From contig JBBQZX010000016.1 of assembly GCA_038207335.1 (NCBI GenBank), positions 54,848 through 118,847 on the forward strand: DNA of 64,000 nucleotides, in the 5' to 3' direction. Below are positions 59,501 to 64,000 of this stretch, piece by piece. Below the pieces are notes generated by a model that did no database searches, was not told the DNA's origin, and was given only the letters and a program-made list of their open reading frames with translations. Source of the DNA: Chthoniobacterales bacterium. Lineage in GTDB: Bacteria; Verrucomicrobiota; Verrucomicrobiia; Chthoniobacterales; Chthoniobacteraceae. Every line of letters starts with the position of its first letter. The stretch's first letter is position 1. The translations under genes and the position numbers were made by a program.

Positions 59501-60587
59501 ATCGACGGCGCAACAGGAACGCGACACCGCCGAACCCGCTGCGCGGGCGTTGGTGGAGCCTGCGCGGGTGGTTACGCCAGAAGCACCTCCAAGCCCGGCT
59601 GGCCAGCAGATGGGACCGGGCGCCCAAGCCGTCGAACTTGCGCCGCCCATTCCCGAGCACATCGATTTCAAAGTCCTCCGCGTCGAAAATCCGCCGGGCA
59701 CGCGGGACATCCAGATGCACTTCGAGCGCGATGCGAACTACGGCCTCGCCATCGAAGTCTGGCAGGACGTGACGCCCTCGCCGGATGGCAAGGCTCCGAA
59801 GAAAGGCTATCGCACCTGGCAACAGAAAACGTGGGTGGGATTGCACGGCGGACGCGTGCTCGGGTGGACGCTGCCGCAGGAATTCACCGAAGCGGAAGCG
59901 AGCGCGCTGGCGAAGGAAATGGAGGGGAAGTGGAAAGGTTCGCATCCCCTTTCGGAGGGCGCGGTGCCGGAGTTCGCCACGTCGCTGCATCGCGACGGCT
60001 GGAAGTATCATCTAGTCACGCGGGTAGTGCGTGAGCCCGGCTCGCCGCGGCCGCCGCCGCCGGCTCGCGCGCTGTTCACCGCGGAGCAGCGGATTATCTG
60101 GCCCGGCGGCGCACTGGTGCGTTTGACACTCGATCAATCGGCGAACGATGAACCCAAGACGCTGCTGGGCGAGAGTCTTGTCTTTAAGACCGATCCGAAG
60201 CGCGAGACTGGATTCGTGCTCCGCTGGCACGCCTACCCCGCGCAGCAGGGGAAGTTCGGCAATCAATGGATCCTGGATTTGGTGGACCCGGACACCGGCG
60301 TGATTTTTCACCGCATCGAGAACCGATTCGCCGTGCCAGTGATAGTGACATCGCCCGACGTGCAGCCGCTCCCGCACGTCAGCGAGGCCGCGCAACTGGG
60401 CGACTCAAGAACTTGGATTTCGTTCCAGCTCTTGCATGTGGAAGATCGCGCTGTCCCGAGCGCTGCGCTCACCGCTTGGTGGGATGTTTTCGCCGGAATC
60501 GATCTCCCGAGCGACCGGCCCGTTCCTGCTTTTCAGATGGCACCCGCACCCGCGTCATTTCCGATCAATGAAGTGGAGCGCCAATGA
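56526..60587 (+). CDS. Membrane-bound Hanks-type Ser/Thr protein kinase
   Basis: CPNCG...LCPKC N-terminus, LGRGGMGVVY, VALK, HRDIKPENLL, DFGIAK, GTPQYMAPE, multiple TM segments and two large soluble domains. Confidence 0.93.
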   Translation: MPVDPSASAGAAECPNCGAPLPEQAPQGLCPKCLFARLAAPTEDGAGATERRPPQTPEELAPHFPQLEILECLGRGGMGVVYKARQKSLNRIVALKLLAPERVADPKFAERFAHEAHALAALNHPNIVTIYDFGQAGGFYFLLMEFVDGVNLRQAMKAGRFTPEQALAIVPPVCEALQYAHEHGIVHRDIKPENLLLDKVGRVKIADFGIAKMLGAESPSVGLLESQPAGTPQYMAPEQKARTGADHRADIYSLGVVLYELLTGELPGTRLQPPSRKVQIDVRLDEIVLRALENAPELRFQTANEFRTQVETIADGAAAIPSPAQSDYITSWGFRITTGPAIKTGYVRFWEKLFGSVNSAGAINTLNISRIGYVGFLAVFAILPGWRSFWPAFGFLGMFGLIGVAYLSEAAARRGVGLSETGGLPDAKIQRGVWRSRVVWLIIGGTFLPIALFAVSLIVSLGRGGEKALEATTTEQMLMIFAKVLGIGLGLTLLVWALLRAFRRKTADAANPWPRHPEALIAHGTLWPLLLIAAPIVICEFVSATRPQRAPMSAAEWIIFGLVVIVVLQGAVRVARNLRRIMREANDPCARPEPELRTTAAGDFRPQVDRLRPLMGSRYARASAIVMSVLLIGLLLVKFFVQASSQSGVTRFDITPVEVRNNVVIVDVTTEVARGNAELRAVLEGRHLPVATDPEFVPAFTGTFITPTPHAGNQLWHILSPGRQTVRLGFVLPDANLAKLAFDNLRPIGPLPALASRTFAGTLFEVQQSEGDDYRASLQVAPPFTSADPNWVEVLGRSSHNEDSVSLTWDVLASRRGMAWLSRANTPITVLEPDPRTQLFGISIGIELTKVGEDRVLLVRRIVRGSRSTIQREELAGNFRDLADELLRTKTTSAKTESGASIELCQIQGKALILQVHSDAPATQSTRRLGVSFPLVAIVAVAVVLLLAAGGIALMVMLLRKGGAAGRIVLWVIGVMLLVFGVGVFTFISIWRSTAQQERDTAEPAARALVEPARVVTPEAPPSPAGQQMGPGAQAVELAPPIPEHIDFKVLRVENPPGTRDIQMHFERDANYGLAIEVWQDVTPSPDGKAPKKGYRTWQQKTWVGLHGGRVLGWTLPQEFTEAEASALAKEMEGKWKGSHPLSEGAVPEFATSLHRDGWKYHLVTRVVREPGSPRPPPPARALFTAEQRIIWPGGALVRLTLDQSANDEPKTLLGESLVFKTDPKRETGFVLRWHAYPAQQGKFGNQWILDLVDPDTGVIFHRIENRFAVPVIVTSPDVQPLPHVSEAAQLGDSRTWISFQLLHVEDRAVPSAALTAWWDVFAGIDLPSDRPVPAFQMAPAPASFPINEVERQ

Positions 60588-61300
60588 GCGATGGCGATGT
60601 TTTTCTGACCACGCGCTGGACGCAGGTGATTGTCGCACAGGGCGCATCGACACAAGCGGGCACGGCGCTGGCGGATTTGTGCGCGGCCTATTATGCGCCG
60701 GTGCAGAGCTACATCGCGCGGACTTCACACGACCTCGGCGACGCGCGCGATCTCACGCAGGAATTCTTTTCGCGGCTGCTCGCAGGCGACGTCATCGCGG
60801 GCGCGGAGCGAGAGAAGGGCCGCTTCCGTGGCTACCTGCTTGGTGCGGTGAAGCATCACCTCGCCGACACGCGCGACCGGCTCCGCGCGGCCAAGCGCGG
60901 CGCCCGGCATGAACATGTGCCGTTGATTTCGGGCACGGATACCTCTCCCGGCCATGATTACCCTGCCCTGGAATATCAAGCGCCCGATGCCTTCTTTGAT
61001 CGGCAATGGGGCTTCGCTGTTCTCGAACTCGCCCTCGCGGCGCTCGCGGCGGAGCACGAGCGGCAGGGAAAGGCCGAACAGTTTCATCTGCTGAAGCCGT
61101 GGCTCACCGGGGATGCCGCCGACGTTAGCCAGGCCGAATCCGCAGCTAGACTCGGGCTGACCGAGGGAGCGGTAAAGGTCGCCATCCATCGCTTGCGAAA
61201 GCGTTTTCGCGACTTGGTAAAAGCGGAGATCGCCCAGACGGTTTCCTCCGAACAGGAAGCACAGGAGGAACTGCTCTATCTCATCGAGGTCGTGAACTGA
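60584..61300 (+). CDS. ECF sigma factor of the kinase-associated type
   Basis: FLTTRWTQV, DARDLTQEFF, KGRFRGYL, AAKRG, FDRQW, EGAVKVAIHRLRKRFR. ATGA overlap with the kinase stop. Confidence 0.9.
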   Translation: MSDGDVFLTTRWTQVIVAQGASTQAGTALADLCAAYYAPVQSYIARTSHDLGDARDLTQEFFSRLLAGDVIAGAEREKGRFRGYLLGAVKHHLADTRDRLRAAKRGARHEHVPLISGTDTSPGHDYPALEYQAPDAFFDRQWGFAVLELALAALAAEHERQGKAEQFHLLKPWLTGDAADVSQAESAARLGLTEGAVKVAIHRLRKRFRDLVKAEIAQTVSSEQEAQEELLYLIEVVN

Positions 61301-61466
61301 GCGGGAACCCAAGAAGTGAACCTGTCGCTCATCCAAGGCAGAGGTGCATCCAGCCCGCTCGTAGCAGGGCGCGCGTCCAAAAATGAAGACTCCGCGCGCT
61401 TGGTGAGCGCGACGCGCACAACCTCGACTTACTCGTCGTACGCCACCGACGGCTAACGAAATGGAG

Positions 61467-62102
61467 TTAAACCGCGACCGAAAATGTCGCCCTAAACAGC
61501 CCCGACGCTGTCTCCTCATCCCTCACGATCGTCACCCCGAGCACCCGCTTAAACATCTCCGCTTCCAACCGCGCCACGAGCGGAAACGCGCGCAACACAT
61601 CGAGGATCGGCGAGTGGTGCTCCACGATGCGCGCCCCCGGCTCCTCAGCGTGAAACTCCGCCATGCACCCATCCGCATCCCGCAGCTTCGCGAGCGACTC
61701 CATCCGACCCGCGAGCGTCTCGCCGCGCAGCCGCGACACGTAGCCCTCGGCCTTTTTCTGAAACACGACGAGCAACAATTTCTCCGGCGCCGTCGGCCCG
61801 AAAAGCCGCTGCGCCGACTCCAGCAAATCGAGCGTCAGCGCATTGCTTTCCGTCGGGAAAAGATCGTGAGCCCGCGAGGTGAGACGATAGGCGAGATGCG
61901 GCCGGCCCACCCCGTGCGGCGTACGCCACGTATCGAGCAGCCCGCGTTTTTCCAGCTCCACGCAGACGCCTTTCACCCCCATGTAGCTCATCCCCAGCCG
62001 CTCCGCGATCTCCCCGACGCTCAGCCCCTGCGACCGCTTGAGTTCATTGACGACCTTCAGCCTTGCACTGCGGCCAAGCTGCTGGATGAGGCGCTGTTTC
62101 AT
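61467..62102 (-). CDS. Winged-HTH transcriptional regulator (COG2345/SufR-like)
   Basis: N-terminal HTH (LSVGEIAERLGMSYMGVK), GVGRP...YRLT..A..LFP, LRDADGCMAE, EHHSPI. Confidence 0.85.
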   Translation of the reverse strand: MKQRLIQQLGRSARLKVVNELKRSQGLSVGEIAERLGMSYMGVKGVCVELEKRGLLDTWRTPHGVGRPHLAYRLTSRAHDLFPTESNALTLDLLESAQRLFGPTAPEKLLLVVFQKKAEGYVSRLRGETLAGRMESLAKLRDADGCMAEFHAEEPGARIVEHHSPILDVLRAFPLVARLEAEMFKRVLGVTIVRDEETASGLFRATFSVAV

Positions 62103-62225
62103 GGGAAAAGGGATGCGCCCGGCTGCATCCGAGCACCGAACTCCCGCGCGGCGCGTTTGTCACGCCGATCGCGCACATTTTCAAAATCCCGCGGGAGGTG
62201 CCGCCAATCACCAATCGCCAATCAC

Positions 62226-63629
62226 TCAGTCTTCCGCGCGGTCGCCGGCCGGGCACATCTTCACGAGCTTCGGATCGAACTGGCCGAGGACTTCGACCAG
62301 ATCGGTCTGCGCGGCCATGACGGCGTGGATGTCCTTATAGACACCCGGCACTTCATCGAGGCCGGCGGAGAGCAGTTCGACGCCGCGCTCGGCGAGCAGC
62401 TTCTTGGTCGCACTCCAGGTGAAGGACTGCATCGCCTTCGTGCGGCTCATCACGCGGCCTGCGCCGTGCGACGCCGAATTCAGCGACTCGGGCGAACCCT
62501 TGCCGCGCACGACATAGCCCGGTGACGCCATCGAGCCCGGGATGACCCCGAGCACTCCGGCACCCGCGGGCGTCGCGCCCTTGCGATGCACGATTACCTC
62601 GCGCGTTTCGCCGTTCACGACATGCGTTTCTTTCCACGCGAAGTTGTGGTGGTTTTCGATGTCGAGGATCAAGTGCGCGCCGAGCTTCTTGGCGATGTGC
62701 TTGTGGATGAGCGCGTGGTTCGCGGCTGCGTAGTGGCCCATCAGGTTCATCGCGGCCCAGTATTCATGGCCGTCGGCGTCGTCGAGCGAGAGCCACGCAA
62801 GGTGCTTGAGCGCGTTCGGCAGATTCTCGTGACGAGCCATCGCGCGCTTGCTGTAGTAGTCGCACACCTGCGCACCGGTTCCGCGCGAACCCGAGTGCGT
62901 GAGCAGAGCGAGGTATTCGCCCGGCTCAAGGTCGAGCGCACGCGCCTGCTCCGCGTCCACGGTGAACGCGCCGAATTCGACGAAGTGATTTCCCGACCCC
63001 GAAGTGCCGAGCTGCTTCCACGCTTTCTCGTGAAGGCGCTGCGTCACCGGCGAAACGGTCCAGTCTTCGTCCATCACGTCGTGTTCGCGGCGCTCCTTGA
63101 ACTCACAGCCCATGCCAAAGCGCGTCTCGCTCTCGATGAGATTCGCGAGACGGTCGCGCTGACCGGCGAGGGTGTTCGCCTTGCGATCATAGACGGTGAG
63201 CTTCATGCGGCACGCGATGTCCACGCCGACGGCGTAAGGAATCACCGCATTATCCGTCGCGAGCACGCCGCCGATCGGCAGGCCGTAGCCCAAGTGGGCA
63301 TCCGGCATGAGCGCGCCCGCCACCGCAACCGGCAACGCACACGCATTGGCCATCTGCTTCACCGCCTCGGCTTCGAGCCCCTCGCCCCACTGACGCCACG
63401 GCGCGAGTTCCGCGCGCGGCGTGAAAGCCGGGCGATAGATCGCGCGAGCCAGCGGCGCACGCAGTTCATCGGCGAAGAACGCCGGCGGATTGGCCACGAT
63501 GTTGAAAATATCCGCTTCGACCTGCTCGCGATTGAGCCCACCAGCAAACAGGCGGCGCATGTGCTCGTAAGCCAGCTTTACGGCGTCGCCCTGTGGCACG
63601 CCAAGGCGGATGAGGTCTTGGTTGTTCAT
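62226..63629 (-). CDS. rtcB: RtcB-family RNA ligase
   Basis: MPDAHLGYGLPIGGV, GVDIAC, GTSGSGNHFVE, THSGSRG, NHHNFAW, HRKGATPA, PGSM, SHGAGR, DEVPGVYKDI. Start taken at ATG 63629. Confidence 0.95.
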   Translation of the reverse strand: MNNQDLIRLGVPQGDAVKLAYEHMRRLFAGGLNREQVEADIFNIVANPPAFFADELRAPLARAIYRPAFTPRAELAPWRQWGEGLEAEAVKQMANACALPVAVAGALMPDAHLGYGLPIGGVLATDNAVIPYAVGVDIACRMKLTVYDRKANTLAGQRDRLANLIESETRFGMGCEFKERREHDVMDEDWTVSPVTQRLHEKAWKQLGTSGSGNHFVEFGAFTVDAEQARALDLEPGEYLALLTHSGSRGTGAQVCDYYSKRAMARHENLPNALKHLAWLSLDDADGHEYWAAMNLMGHYAAANHALIHKHIAKKLGAHLILDIENHHNFAWKETHVVNGETREVIVHRKGATPAGAGVLGVIPGSMASPGYVVRGKGSPESLNSASHGAGRVMSRTKAMQSFTWSATKKLLAERGVELLSAGLDEVPGVYKDIHAVMAAQTDLVEVLGQFDPKLVKMCPAGDRAED

Positions 63630-63763
63630 GGATGTTTTTCGGTTTGGAAAATTTGGAGCGTAGCGTGCGGACACACTTCGAGTGCGCAGCTGTGTTTGTC
63701 CTTTTTGTCGTAGAAAATTCGAGGTTGGGAGAAAACGCGTGGCCGTCATAACCTGCGCGTCCA

Positions 63764-64000
63764 ATGACCCGAGCCGTGCTCGATACCAACGTGATCCTCG
63801 CTGCACTGCTCTCGCGACGCGGCGCAGCATTCGAGATTCTCGAACGGCTCCGTCGCGGAGAATGGCGACTCGTGCTCAGCAATCACCTGCTGCTCGAATA
63901 CGAGGAAGTCTTGAAACGCAACGCCGCCGAGATCGCGCTCACGCACGACGAAGTGGATCGTTTTCTCAACGCCATCTGTCAGGCCGCCGATTGCTTTCAA
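63764..64000 (+). CDS. PIN-domain putative toxin (partial, runs off window)
   Basis: Manual translation MTRAVLDTNVILAALLSRRGAAFEIL...LVLSNHLLLEYEEVLKR. Absent from the ORF track. Confidence 0.85.
   Translation, partial: MTRAVLDTNVILAALLSRRGAAFEILERLRRGEWRLVLSNHLLLEYEEVLKRNAAEIALTHDEVDRFLNAICQAADCFQ

Noticed and set aside
62203..62225. ccaatca/ccaatcg heptamer repeated about three times after rtcB
   Set aside because: Too short to support a function.

Overview
GC-rich bacterial window. The gene content (LEPRxLL giant protein, PEP-CTERM, ECF sigma/Ser-Thr kinase pair, PQQ-like propellers) suggests Verrucomicrobiota/PVC; this is an inference. The first 20 kb is one uninterrupted minus-strand ORF of at least 6657 codons, missing from the ORF track because its stop lies outside the window. 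It has a LEPRxLL leader, an LCAT/lipase-like alpha/beta-hydrolase domain and more than 30 ~120-aa repeats arranged in higher-order blocks. At 41.0-51.5 kb is a type I-like secretion locus with no ABC transporter: TolC, three membrane-fusion proteins (one GAF-fused, one fused to a PqqD/RRE-like domain and M50 protease), an autotransporter and a C-terminally truncated SecA paralogue. It is the best candidate export system for the giant protein. Between these are secreted or surface proteins, including a 2112-aa ORF in which a complete PEP-CTERM protein is fused in frame to a second signal-peptide-bearing protein, plus stress genes and gene remnants. A ~10 kb segment (SGNH esterase, PL4 lyase, AraC, kinase, ECF sigma) is bracketed by a decayed duplicate of the 3' end of an HTH regulator gene, which suggests an insertion. 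The window ends with rtcB and a partial PIN gene. No rRNA, tRNA, CRISPR array, transposase or integrase was recognised. All calls are by-eye motif recognition; no searches were run.
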